In this document: piece by piece, positions 1 to 9,408 of the stretch | Layout of the letters: each line of letters begins with the position of its first letter | How positions within the stretch are numbered: the stretch's first letter is position 1 | Assembly: GCA_963713925.1 (NCBI GenBank) | Contig: OY970212.1 | Span: forward strand, 864,001-928,000 | DNA length: 64,000 nt | From: an uncultured bacterium | GTDB lineage: Bacteria > Babelota > Babeliae > Babelales > Vermiphilaceae | Direction of reading: 5' to 3' | Program-made: the position numbers and the translations under genes | Notes under the pieces: generated by a model | Seen by the model: the letters and a program-made list of their open reading frames with translations, nothing else | The model's database searches: none | Told to the model about the DNA's origin: nothing

Positions 1-99
1 ATATACAACTCCCTATCGCAAAAGCCATATATCCTTGCGCCTGCCGTGCTTATCTTAGTAGGATAAACCATAAGTATTTCTATGCGGGGGAGAATCGTA

Positions 100-1689
100 A
101 TGATGAAAAAATATCTGATTTTTGCCATACCGGCGTTCATAACCAATGTAATTTCAGCTGTTCAATTTCCCTTACAGGGATACACTTTTTTAGCCCCACG
201 CTCTCCAAGCGTTAACGCGGCGCGAGAACTGGTTGGCTGGCGAAACTATATCAATCGTGCAGACGAATGTTGGTATGGTGCCTTCAGTGTAACCCCCGAA
301 TATAGCCAATCGTTTCGGTCAAACAGAATTGCGCAATACTTCTTTGGCGACCAACTATTACAAGTGTCCGGCAGCAATTTAAATAATCGTAACAACTACA
401 TCTTGGCTGATTATTTTGGCTTGCCGCAGGATTTTATTGCAAATGAACTGCTTGCCCCCAAACTGATCACCGGTTTGATTGATTTTAACCTCTATCTGGG
501 CTACAAAGATTGGTATTTCCGCATTCATGCGCCCTACTGTTGGATGAAAACGAAGTTTCCTATCAATGAAACGGTGATAGAGCCCGGGCCGAGCGACCCG
601 TATCCGGCATTGTATATGGATTTTGGTGTTGTTAATCCTCCCAACAATTCATTCGCAACTGCAATTGCGACCGAGTCAACCTGGGGCCAGGTGAGCCAGG
701 GCCTTAAATTTGGACGCATCGTCTGCGAGCAAAAAAAATCATCATTGGCTGAAGTGCAGATGGCACTCGGATGGAATTTTATTAACGATGCTTGCAGACA
801 CCTCGGAGTCAACCTCCGCCTTTATGCCCCGGCGGGAAATCGCTCAAAAGGACTGTTCCTTTTTGAACCGATTGTCGGCAACGGACACCATTGGGAAGCG
901 GGAGCCGGATTTACCGGCCATTGGATGTTGTGGGAAAAAAATGAATATCAATCAATTGCCATCTACCTCGATTTTAATATGACGCATATCTGCAAAGCCG
1001 ATCAAGTTCGTTCATTTGATTTTGGCGACCCGCACTGCGTCACACGCAATGCTAATTTCGGCAGCCGCTATATATTGGTTAAAGAATTCGACGCATCCGG
1101 AAACTATACGGGAATTTGTCAGCCGGCCATCAATTTCACAACGCTCTGCTGCTCAACCTACAACAACTTGCAAATGGATTTTGCCCTCATGGGAGCATAT
1201 TCGGGCTGTTGGCTTGATGTCGATTTCGGGTATGGCTTTTGGCTTCGCTCCAAAGAACATTTGTGCTTAAAAGGATCGATTCCTGAAAATACGATCGCGC
1301 TCAAGGGCATTCAAAATGTTGCTGCAACCATAACGACGCTCAGCAATGATACCCAATCGGCAACCGCGACATTGGAAGGCGATCCGTTTACCGAACAAGC
1401 AATTCTTACTGATGATCCATCACCACAATTTGTAAACACAGGCGATTTAAATCTTCTTTCGGCAACAACACCAACCGCGTTTACACAAAAATTTTTCTGG
1501 AACCTGAGCTATGCGTGGAAAGACCTTGATTGCCAATACGTAGCACCCTTTTTAGGATTGGGCGGACAAATTGAGTTTGAAAGTACCCGTGGAACAAACA
1601 CCTGCAGCCTTGGGCCGATCGCAGTTGAACCAAACCAAAATTCGATTGCACAATGGAGTTTGTGGGTAAAAGGAGGGATTGGGTTTTAA
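100..1689 (+). CDS. Cys-rich putative outer-membrane beta-barrel protein (paralog of 44714-46078)
   Basis: Long ORF; GGAG RBS before ATG at 100/103; signal peptide; alternating aromatic/hydrophobic beta-strand pattern; ends WVKGGIGF (terminal Phe, BAM-type signal). Confidence 0.6.
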   Translation: MMKKYLIFAIPAFITNVISAVQFPLQGYTFLAPRSPSVNAARELVGWRNYINRADECWYGAFSVTPEYSQSFRSNRIAQYFFGDQLLQVSGSNLNNRNNYILADYFGLPQDFIANELLAPKLITGLIDFNLYLGYKDWYFRIHAPYCWMKTKFPINETVIEPGPSDPYPALYMDFGVVNPPNNSFATAIATESTWGQVSQGLKFGRIVCEQKKSSLAEVQMALGWNFINDACRHLGVNLRLYAPAGNRSKGLFLFEPIVGNGHHWEAGAGFTGHWMLWEKNEYQSIAIYLDFNMTHICKADQVRSFDFGDPHCVTRNANFGSRYILVKEFDASGNYTGICQPAINFTTLCCSTYNNLQMDFALMGAYSGCWLDVDFGYGFWLRSKEHLCLKGSIPENTIALKGIQNVAATITTLSNDTQSATATLEGDPFTEQAILTDDPSPQFVNTGDLNLLSATTPTAFTQKFFWNLSYAWKDLDCQYVAPFLGLGGQIEFESTRGTNTCSLGPIAVEPNQNSIAQWSLWVKGGIGF

Positions 1690-1940
1690 ACCTGAAAGGT
1701 GCTCGTCCACCCTTCAGGGCAACGGACGCTTAAGACCCCAGCCTACGCTTATTCGGGCCTTCCGGCTCGACAAGCTACGGTGGGCAAGCAAGGTCTTAAG
1801 AATCCCTCGAGGTTCAACTCACTATACCCAGCCTACGTTTACCCGGGCCTTCCGGCTCGGCAAACTACGGCGGGCAGGCTACAATTTTTGACAAAATTGT
1901 TTCATTAGTTCGGTGAACCTCATCAGACTTTTTTATTTTG
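1688..1940 (-). ncRNA. Candidate structured ncRNA, copy B, interrupted by two palindromic repeat insertions
   Basis: Reverse complement closely matches 48601-48738 after removing inserts at ~1738-1789 and ~1828-1879; strand inferred. Confidence 0.45.
1738..1879. repeat. Two copies of R3 palindromic repeat (CCAGCCTACG...CCTTCCGGCTCG...CTACGG.GGGCA)
   Basis: Near-identical ~52 bp units at ~1738-1789 and ~1828-1879; related units at ~9235, ~17248, ~46156. Confidence 0.85.
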
Positions 1941-1992
1941 CTGTAGCCACGTGCGAGATCAATACGAATATATAAAAATAGCGGGGTGTTTT

Positions 1993-2169
1993 ATGAATGA
2001 ATCACGTAAGCATGACTTGATGTACAAAGGCGTAAAATTGCTATGCAAAACGATTTTTGCGCTCATCATTGTTGGCGCATTGTATGGCGCGTCTAAATCG
2101 CTCATGACTCATTATTTTGCAATGAAGATGCACATGCTTCAATTTGAATACAAAATAAAAGGATATTAA
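1993..2169 (+). CDS. Small single-TM hypothetical protein
   Basis: ATG at 1993 after GGGGTG; hydrophobic segment IFALIIVGALYGA; abuts the next ORF. Confidence 0.55.
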   Translation: MNESRKHDLMYKGVKLLCKTIFALIIVGALYGASKSLMTHYFAMKMHMLQFEYKIKGY

Positions 2170-2170
2170 C

Positions 2171-2479
2171 ATGTTCGATAACACAAAAGGGCCGCATACC
2201 GACATGGCCGATGCGCAAAGGAAAATCAGAGAGCTTGAGCAAGTGGTGCATACGCTTGATAAACGAATTACGTTACTTGAAAAAAAGATCGAACATTTAG
2301 CACCATTGTTTCCATTTCTTAGGAACGTTGATTCATCGATTTTACGCGCTGATACACCGGAAAAAATTGACGCGATTCGTGAGCAACGCAAACATGCCAT
2401 GATTTTTATTTTCATTGCAGTGGGACTTATTTTTGCGGTTGTAATCCTCTCTCACATTTTTGGTTGGGGGGAACAGTGA
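2171..2479 (+). CDS. Coiled-coil protein with C-terminal TM anchor
   Basis: Heptad pattern IRELEQVVHTLDKRITLLEKKI, then a C-terminal hydrophobic helix. Confidence 0.65.
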   Translation: MFDNTKGPHTDMADAQRKIRELEQVVHTLDKRITLLEKKIEHLAPLFPFLRNVDSSILRADTPEKIDAIREQRKHAMIFIFIAVGLIFAVVILSHIFGWGEQ

Positions 2480-4476
2480 AACGATCAATAGTAATCATTC
2501 TTACATGTGTCAATGCCACATTTTGCGCAGATATAGACCGACCGCAGATTCCAAGCACCCAAACAGAGCAACAAAAGCCACAGACCGTTGAAATCAAATT
2601 TATTGATCCGAAAACAAAAGAAGTGCTTACAACCGGCGCGTATCCAATTGGAATTGTTAAAGAAGTACCTTTCTTGGAAACCCATCAACGTTTTGCTGCT
2701 GGCGAAAAAGAAGAAGAATCTGCTTTACAATCTTCATTTGAGCTTTCAATAGACAAGGAGATTTTTGACAAACTCATAGCTCTTGATCCATCAAAACCTT
2801 TGAGCGAAGATCTTGATTTTTCTTCTTCCGCTCAACTGATTCATGCAATCGACACACTACAATTCAAAAAATTTGAAACGCCTATCTTTAAAACAAATAT
2901 TGCCATGCGAATCGCGACAGACCTCAGTGAACATAGTGACCAGTACGCAAATATGATTCCCGAGATCCTGCAATATAAACCTCTTTTGGATGGGTATTTC
3001 AAAAACAATGAGCTTTCTAATGCAATTATTAATCATATCGACAAAAAACTATTGCCATTAAATCTGTCCGATCTGCTTCTTCCATATAGCGCTCATGAAT
3101 TACCTGGCACTCAGACGATATGTTTATCCTCCGATGGAAACTATCTTTTTGAATCAATGCTATCCAAGGAAGCAAATACTATCGTCAAAAAAGAAATTCT
3201 TACGGGAAAGACTGCTGCAACCGTAGAAATCCAAATTGAGAAAGATGAGTTCGTCATTGCTCTCGCATCATCGCAAAAGCATCTTGCCGCACTCTCATCG
3301 ACAGGACACATCATAATTTGGGATCAAGCTACTTTGCAGCAGAAATATGAATTTTCATCAGAGGTTGAATTCGCCAAACCATTTGAGCTTATTCCGGGCA
3401 AAAGAAAAAAATTTAATGAAGAAAAATCATCCAGATTAGCAATGTCCGATTCACGTTATAATAAATACTTTTTTTCTTTTTCTCCAACTGGAGACTACCT
3501 CATCTTCAAAATTTTCAATGGCTATTGGAAGCTTTATATCGAAAAGATCGATGAATTGAGGGATAGGAGCTCATTTTCCAGTCATCCCCAAATAATTAGC
3601 TTGGCCACGGGTACTTCGCACTCTTTTGATGCTTGGCCGAACCCTTCTCCCGAGGAAAGATTTAATCCGTGGGATATGAGGGAATTGCTGATCGATCAAA
3701 ACTCAAATATCATATATTCCATTTTAGTGAGGGAGGGCGGTCTGGATCGTGAATCAAAAATATCTATTTATAATATTGATAACCGAAAACAAGAATTAAT
3801 CGATTGGCCAAAAGAAAAAGATTCAAAAGCGCCCAGATTTATTTACCAAATCGGAAACATATTGTGGCTGAAAGTGCCGCAGTCGCGCACCAAATCTTCC
3901 CCAACAAGCTTTAACTCTGCTTTTACATTCGACACTCAAACAAAGGAAATAGTGCCAAAGGGTGATATAACGGAAACGAAAATATTATTTCTATCAAACA
4001 ATGCATTGGCAATAGCGGCTAACCCTAATAACAATTTTAACCTTATCTGGAGCATCTGGTATAAAAGCGATAAGAATCCGCGCACACAAGATCACTATCT
4101 CAATAGTATTTACATCGATGACCCGAATAATATAGAATCGCTCATCGATCCGATCAAAGGAATTTCAATTTTCCATAAAGACGGTGTCGATTTAAGGCCA
4201 ATAACCAAGAGTAGCAATTCCAAAACATTCATTTTTGGAGATTGTGATTTTAGAGGATGCAAAGCATTGTATCTATTCAAAAAGGGGGTTGATCTTCCTT
4301 TTGATATCTTATTTGGCATTCTCTGCTTTGAAAAATTTGATGATTTTTCAACACTTGGGCAAATACGTGCCGCTCTCCGACCTTCAATTGATGCGTTATC
4401 ACAAGAAATCAAACCAATTATTCAGAAGTACTTTTTTGAAAAAATGAAACAAATAATTCCTCGAGCTAAAGAATAA
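2476..4476 (+). CDS. Secreted protein, Skp1/BTB-like N-domain plus degenerate WD40-like beta-propeller
   Basis: GTG start overlapping upstream TGA gives MKRSIVIIL signal peptide; WD-like motifs (GHIIIWD, FSFSPTGDYL, CLSSDGNYL). Confidence 0.6.
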   Translation: MKRSIVIILTCVNATFCADIDRPQIPSTQTEQQKPQTVEIKFIDPKTKEVLTTGAYPIGIVKEVPFLETHQRFAAGEKEEESALQSSFELSIDKEIFDKLIALDPSKPLSEDLDFSSSAQLIHAIDTLQFKKFETPIFKTNIAMRIATDLSEHSDQYANMIPEILQYKPLLDGYFKNNELSNAIINHIDKKLLPLNLSDLLLPYSAHELPGTQTICLSSDGNYLFESMLSKEANTIVKKEILTGKTAATVEIQIEKDEFVIALASSQKHLAALSSTGHIIIWDQATLQQKYEFSSEVEFAKPFELIPGKRKKFNEEKSSRLAMSDSRYNKYFFSFSPTGDYLIFKIFNGYWKLYIEKIDELRDRSSFSSHPQIISLATGTSHSFDAWPNPSPEERFNPWDMRELLIDQNSNIIYSILVREGGLDRESKISIYNIDNRKQELIDWPKEKDSKAPRFIYQIGNILWLKVPQSRTKSSPTSFNSAFTFDTQTKEIVPKGDITETKILFLSNNALAIAANPNNNFNLIWSIWYKSDKNPRTQDHYLNSIYIDDPNNIESLIDPIKGISIFHKDGVDLRPITKSSNSKTFIFGDCDFRGCKALYLFKKGVDLPFDILFGILCFEKFDDFSTLGQIRAALRPSIDALSQEIKPIIQKYFFEKMKQIIPRAKE

Positions 4477-4593
4477 CCTTCAGCAAGCGCAGCTGCTGCC
4501 GCGGCGGAAATGACTGGAAAAGCGGAAAAAGCACCAGAAGACATTCCTTCTACACATAAGCCCGATTAACTACCTCGGGATTGACTGAAAACA

Positions 4594-4623
4594 ATGAGGG
4601 AGCTGTGAAAACAGCTCCCTCAT
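4594..4623. terminator. Probable bidirectional intrinsic terminator
   Basis: ATGAGGGAGCTGT-GAAA-ACAGCTCCCTCAT perfect hairpin between convergent genes. Confidence 0.7.
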
Positions 4624-4636
4624 GTATGGGTATTTT

Positions 4637-4891
4637 TTATTTCTGCAATTTGTATAAATAATCAACCACTTGGTTCAAACTGGTCATTTTTTCAGCATCT
4701 GAATCATTAATCTCAATATCAAAATCTTCTTCAAGCTGCATGACAATTTCAACCATATCGAGAGAATCGGCGCCAAGCTCGGAAAAACTATGCGCACGCT
4801 CAACGGCGCTCGGCTCAACATGTAATTTTCCAGAAACCAATGATACTACTTTTTTTTGAATGTCTTCTTTTGAAAATGCCATGACTTGCAT
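4637..4891 (-). CDS. acpP: Acyl carrier protein
   Basis: LGADSLDMVEIVMQLEEDFDIEI phosphopantetheine motif; start 4891 or 4882. Confidence 0.97.
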   Translation of the reverse strand: MQVMAFSKEDIQKKVVSLVSGKLHVEPSAVERAHSFSELGADSLDMVEIVMQLEEDFDIEINDSDAEKMTSLNQVVDYLYKLQK

Positions 4892-5832
4892 CACTCCGTG
4901 CCAACAGTGTGTTGTATGTATGTTTTTAACGCGTTAATGTCTGAACGTTCATTTACAGACGAAATAATAGTGTGAGGATACCGTTGTTTCAGCTCTTGTG
5001 CAAGTTGTTGACCGGGTCCGACGCACACTAAAATCTCATTTTTGACCAACTGTTTTTCAGTTTTTTGATAAAAGATTGGTTGCACAATGCGATTCAAAAT
5101 ACGGTCTGCAACCTGCTCCCCAGACTTGATCAGTTTTCCTGTTGTTCCATCAACAACAGGAACTTTAAGATCTTTGCAATCAACTTTTGCCATATATGGC
5201 TTGAGCAATTCGAGCACTGCTTGCGCATGCTGACTGTGCAACTCGAGCTCTATTTGCGCGCTCACTTGTGGAATATCGGATATCTGTGTACATTTTTCAA
5301 CTAGTTTTGATCCTTTTGCATCAACTGAATAGAAGCGATCTTTTTGCGCATCATCAATGGCAAGCACAACGTGTTCATTGCCTGAATCTTTTTTTGAAAC
5401 GCAGTTTTCAAATTCCGCAAACTTGTCGGCATGCACTTTTATAATACTCTGGTTTGATTCTGCAACAAATTGTTCATAAAATTGGGTGTACTTTGAAATC
5501 AAATACAAACCATCGGCAAATGTGAACCCACCGGCACATCCAAGCGCTGTAAATTCGCCGAAATTAAATCCACCCATGATCTCAGGTTCGATTCCAGCTT
5601 CTTGCAACAAGCGCGCATATGCTGTCCCTATCAAAAAAATGGAAGGAAGCGCATTTTGCATTTTTGCCAGTTCAGCTTCTGATGATGCAAAACAAAGTTT
5701 GACAAAATTCATGTCCAAAATTGCCGAAGCTTCTTCAAAAAGCTCCTGCACAAGACGTGAATCATCATACAACTCTTTGCCCATTCCGACATACTGATGC
5801 ATATACCCGGGAAAAAGAAATGATATTTTCAT
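4891..5832 (-). CDS. fabD: Malonyl-CoA:ACP transacylase homolog lacking the catalytic Ser
   Basis: FLFPG..Q.VGMGKELY N-terminus, VGPG near C-terminus, adjacent to acpP; GHSxG replaced by GFNFG. Confidence 0.8.
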   Translation of the reverse strand: MKISFLFPGYMHQYVGMGKELYDDSRLVQELFEEASAILDMNFVKLCFASSEAELAKMQNALPSIFLIGTAYARLLQEAGIEPEIMGGFNFGEFTALGCAGGFTFADGLYLISKYTQFYEQFVAESNQSIIKVHADKFAEFENCVSKKDSGNEHVVLAIDDAQKDRFYSVDAKGSKLVEKCTQISDIPQVSAQIELELHSQHAQAVLELLKPYMAKVDCKDLKVPVVDGTTGKLIKSGEQVADRILNRIVQPIFYQKTEKQLVKNEILVCVGPGQQLAQELKQRYPHTIISSVNERSDINALKTYIQHTVGTE

Positions 5833-5894
5833 AGTACCCCATGCTCAATTCCACATTGAAATTTCATATGACAAAAGACTTGGAATATAGACAA

Positions 5895-5957
5895 GCCTGC
5901 CACGCCATAGCTCTTGTCCCGCAGAAGTTTTAACGAAAGCGGACGAGCGAAGGCGGG
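5895..5957. repeat. Nested R3-type palindromic repeats
   Basis: GCCTGCCACGCCATAGCTC[TTGTCCCGCAGAAG...GAAAGCGGAC]GAGCGAAGGCGGG. Confidence 0.65.
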
Positions 5958-6029
5958 AACTATTTTCTTTTTAACAAAAACAGCAGTCGGCGCACAACAA
6001 AAAATCGCACCCTTGTGGATGCGATTTTT

Positions 6030-7457
6030 TTACAGTTTTTTATTTTCCTGAATATATTTTATAAACAACTGAATACGCGTCACTGACTCAGGAATCCCAA
6101 GGATTGCGATCAACTCAGCAACACCCGGTCCTCCGGTTTTATGCGCGAGAGCAATTCGCAATGGTTGCCCAATTTGAGGCATAGTCAATTTGTGTGAATC
6201 TTGCACCTTTTTGAGCGTGGCTGTCACTGTTTCCAAAGATGCATCTGAACTTAATGTTGATAACTCATCAACCACTGCGCGCAAATGATCGATCGTCTTT
6301 TCTTTAATCCACGCACTGATATCAGTTATTGCATACGGAGTAGTGCCTTCATACAACGATTTGATTTCATCAGCAATTTCAATCAATGTCTTTGCACGAC
6401 CTTTGTACAAACCGATCAAATCAAGAACTTGCTTTTTGTCCCATTTTGACAATTCAGCTTCAAAACGAGGACGAATGGAAAGAATCTGCTCGAGCAATTT
6501 TTTATTATCTTCATTTTTTAAATACATACTATTCACCCATGACAGTTTCGCCATATCAAAAATGGCTCCTTTTTTACCTACCGCATCAAGAGAAAAGTAC
6601 TTAAATAATTCCGTGCGAGTAAAGAGTTCTTGATCACCATGTGCCCAACCGAGCCGCACGAGATAGTTGACAAGCGCGTCGGGAAGATATCCCGTCGCAT
6701 GATAATCCATCACTGATGTTGCGGCATCACGCTTTGAAAGTGGTTGTCCACTTGGGCCCAGAATGAGCGGCAAATGCGCAAATTGAGGGATTTTATTTCC
6801 ACATGCTTCATGCAACAAAATTTGCTTTGGCGTGTTGGGAATATGGTCTTCACCGCGAATGACGTGACTGATTCTCATTGCCGCGTCATCGACAACAACC
6901 ACAAAATTGTACACCGGTCGACCGTCTGTGCGAGCAATAATAAAATCATCAAATTGATCCATCGCAAAGGTGATATCGCCACGAATCAAATCGTGAAAAC
7001 TGACTGATGGTTTGTCTGGAAGTGCAAAGCGCACCACAAATGGTTTGTCTTGGGGAAGCGCTGATCTGCAATACCCATCATATTTTGCAAATTCAGGATC
7101 TAGCTTTGGATCTGCGGCAACGCGAGCTGCCACTTCCTGCGGCGTGCAGTAGCAGCGATATGCTTTCTTTTGTTCAATCAATCGATTAATGACTGTTTCA
7201 TGCTCCGGATAGCGCTCGGATTGGATGACCATTGACTCATCCGGCTCAATTTTTGTCCACGCAAGCGCTTTTAAAATGGCTTGTGTATATTCATCCTTTG
7301 ATCGCTCAAGGTCGGTGTCTTCAAGCCGAAGCAAAAATGTTCCGTTATTATGTCGCGCAAAGAGAAGATTGAAAAGAGCAGTGCGTAGACCCCCGATGTG
7401 AAGGTGGCCTGTCGGAGATGGCGCAAATCTGACGCGCACCGGTGTGTTATTGTTCAT
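6030..7457 (-). CDS. gltX: Glutamyl-tRNA synthetase
   Basis: VRVRFAPSPTGHLHIGG, RGEDH and LSKR motifs. Confidence 0.98.
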   Translation of the reverse strand: MNNNTPVRVRFAPSPTGHLHIGGLRTALFNLLFARHNNGTFLLRLEDTDLERSKDEYTQAILKALAWTKIEPDESMVIQSERYPEHETVINRLIEQKKAYRCYCTPQEVAARVAADPKLDPEFAKYDGYCRSALPQDKPFVVRFALPDKPSVSFHDLIRGDITFAMDQFDDFIIARTDGRPVYNFVVVVDDAAMRISHVIRGEDHIPNTPKQILLHEACGNKIPQFAHLPLILGPSGQPLSKRDAATSVMDYHATGYLPDALVNYLVRLGWAHGDQELFTRTELFKYFSLDAVGKKGAIFDMAKLSWVNSMYLKNEDNKKLLEQILSIRPRFEAELSKWDKKQVLDLIGLYKGRAKTLIEIADEIKSLYEGTTPYAITDISAWIKEKTIDHLRAVVDELSTLSSDASLETVTATLKKVQDSHKLTMPQIGQPLRIALAHKTGGPGVAELIAILGIPESVTRIQLFIKYIQENKKL

Positions 7458-7499
7458 TTGTTACCTAACGTAAAATCAAATTTTTAGGTTTAGCCGTTT

Positions 7500-7642
7500 T
7501 ACCCACGCTTGTGCGTGGGGCCCGTTCGTATGGTTCGACTACATTACATTTCGCTCACCACGAACGGATACTTTGCTTGTCCTGATACTCTTTTTTTCCG
7601 TTCGTGGTGAGCGCAGCAAAGCGCAGTCGAACCATACGAACG
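7500..7642. repeat. R2 hairpin plus inverted pair of R1 repeats (CGTTCGTGGTGAGC...TCGAACCATACGAACG)
   Basis: TACCCACGC..GCGTGGGGCCC at 7500-7523; R1 copies at ~7522-7566 (rc) and ~7598-7642. Confidence 0.85.
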
Positions 7643-7696
7643 TTAAAAGCCAGCAGAATAGACAGAGCTGCTATGTTTAACACTTTTGTTTACATT

Positions 7697-8365
7697 CTAA
7701 ACGTTTGCAAGTTTTGCTTGCGCGCGTTGTGCCCAAATTGATGCACCTTCTTTATCAAGCGGCATTTTTGCCAATTCTGCCCACGCCTCACGCGCTGTTG
7801 TCACATCATGATTTACCCAATAATAGAGCCCAAGATAATATTGAGCTTCATCATTGTTGATGTTCGAGCGATCATGGGCAAGCGATTCAAGCAATTGCAA
7901 CCCACGCACTTTTTGTTCGCCAGAGCCATCCATAAGCATGAGCGCTTGTTTTGTTTTATAGATATTTTTCAATGTATTTGATGACGACATACTTGCAACT
8001 GATTGCTCCATCGCTTGTAATGCTTTTTCATGGTCACCAAGCGCAACATATGCGTCAGCTTGAAGCATATATAAGTGTGTCGCTGCAGACGAATTGCTGT
8101 ATCCCGAAAGTGCTAAGTTTACCGCGTCAACAACACGCTGCCATTGTGGTGCTTTTTCTTGCTGCTCTTTTTGAACAAGTTCAATCGTTTCTTGCAATAC
8201 TTTTTGCGCGCGTCCGTTCACCCCACTTTGATACCAACGATAGCCAAAGAACCCTCCGACGATTGCAAGTACAGTGAGTGTTGCGAGTGCAAATATGGGC
8301 ATATTTTTCTTGAGAATGTATAACAATATGGGTGTTTCGTTGCGTTGTTGATTGTAAAAATTCAT
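7697..8365 (-). CDS. YfgM-like membrane-anchored TPR protein
   Basis: N-terminal TM ending GGFFGYRWYQ followed by TPR-like helices (AQYYLGLYYW). Confidence 0.7.
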   Translation of the reverse strand: MNFYNQQRNETPILLYILKKNMPIFALATLTVLAIVGGFFGYRWYQSGVNGRAQKVLQETIELVQKEQQEKAPQWQRVVDAVNLALSGYSNSSAATHLYMLQADAYVALGDHEKALQAMEQSVASMSSSNTLKNIYKTKQALMLMDGSGEQKVRGLQLLESLAHDRSNINNDEAQYYLGLYYWVNHDVTTAREAWAELAKMPLDKEGASIWAQRAQAKLANV

Positions 8366-8631
8366 TATAATAACCTTTAAAAAAGAGAACAGAGTCTTAT
8401 TTTCTTATTCAAACTCCATTATACCCAGTTTGGGGAGTGATTCAAATTTATTTTGGTCCCCGTTGCGCAGGGGGAAGCGGCAAAAGGCATCGCCTATCCA
8501 CGCATCTTACCCAAGTTACGTTTTCACTACACTTGGGACCCAACTTCAGCTTGGCAAAACCAAGATCGGCAAATACGTTGCCCGAACTTATCTCATAATT
8601 TTTATTTTTCTTCATATCATCGCTTCTCGCT

Positions 8632-9036
8632 TTACCACCGGACTTTAGCGCCTAACTCATTTTCGACAACTTTTGCAATTGCAGCTTTTGCTTGGGCAAG
8701 GTTAATAGAAGAACGCTCTATGTCGATGCAGATGGTATATTCATATGGGATACAGGGAATACCTGTGCACAATTTTCTTACAGTAATACGGTGAAATTCG
8801 GGATAATCATTGCGAGCCAAAACTCTATCAATCTCAGCAGCTATTGCATACACCATCGATACATCCAAAGGTATTTTTATCTCATAAGAAAGAACGTTCC
8901 TCATAGGATCTTTTCCCGTCTCAATCATGAATGAAAGCCCTATTTTACAATCAACTGTTTCGCGACCGTCGTACCCAAAAGATTCTGACACCGTGCACAA
9001 GAAGATGCTCAATAGTAAGAATTGTATGTTTTTCAT
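8632..9036 (-). CDS. Secreted hypothetical protein
   Basis: MKNIQFLLLSIFLC signal peptide; GAGG RBS. Confidence 0.65.
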   Translation of the reverse strand: MKNIQFLLLSIFLCTVSESFGYDGRETVDCKIGLSFMIETGKDPMRNVLSYEIKIPLDVSMVYAIAAEIDRVLARNDYPEFHRITVRKLCTGIPCIPYEYTICIDIERSSINLAQAKAAIAKVVENELGAKVRW

Positions 9037-9157
9037 GTTCGGTTCCTCATTGTATGGTTTTTGCGATTGTCATTATATCACCCAGCACACTCTTCTACAA
9101 ACATATGGCTATCTCATAAAAGAAGGCCCGAAATTAATCGAGCCTTCTTTTATATTA

Positions 9158-9392
9158 GAGGTTATCCGAAAATCGTGGAAGTTTCTTAGCGCTACGTCAT
9201 CCTGAATTTATTTCAGGATCTATTTAACCTGGATCCAGCCTCTACTTATCCAGGCCTTCCGGCTTGGCAAGTTACGGCCGTGTGCGGCGTAGCCTTTGGC
9301 CAAGACGTACGGACAAGTTGCTGAAACAAGTTCAGCATGACAACCAACTTTTTAGACTTTTTAGTTATAAAGCTTAATTTTCGGATAAGCTC
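9158..9392. mobile_element. MITE-like composite repeat (R4), copy 1
   Basis: Terminal inverted repeats GAG(G/C)TTATCCGAAAAT, flanked by TTA on both sides; highly similar to 21937-22174; no ORF. Confidence 0.8.
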
Positions 9393-9408
9393 TTATTCGT
9401 GAGGCCAT

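Noticed and set aside
1679..1908. ORFs 1679-1891 and 1699-1908
   Set aside because: Lie entirely within repeat/ncRNA sequence; no RBS or protein-like character
1876..1935. Hammerhead ribozyme on the minus strand (CTGATGA...GAAAC...GTA)
   Set aside because: Stem II is not closed next to GAAA, stem I barely pairs, and homolog A at 48.6 kb lacks the GAAA
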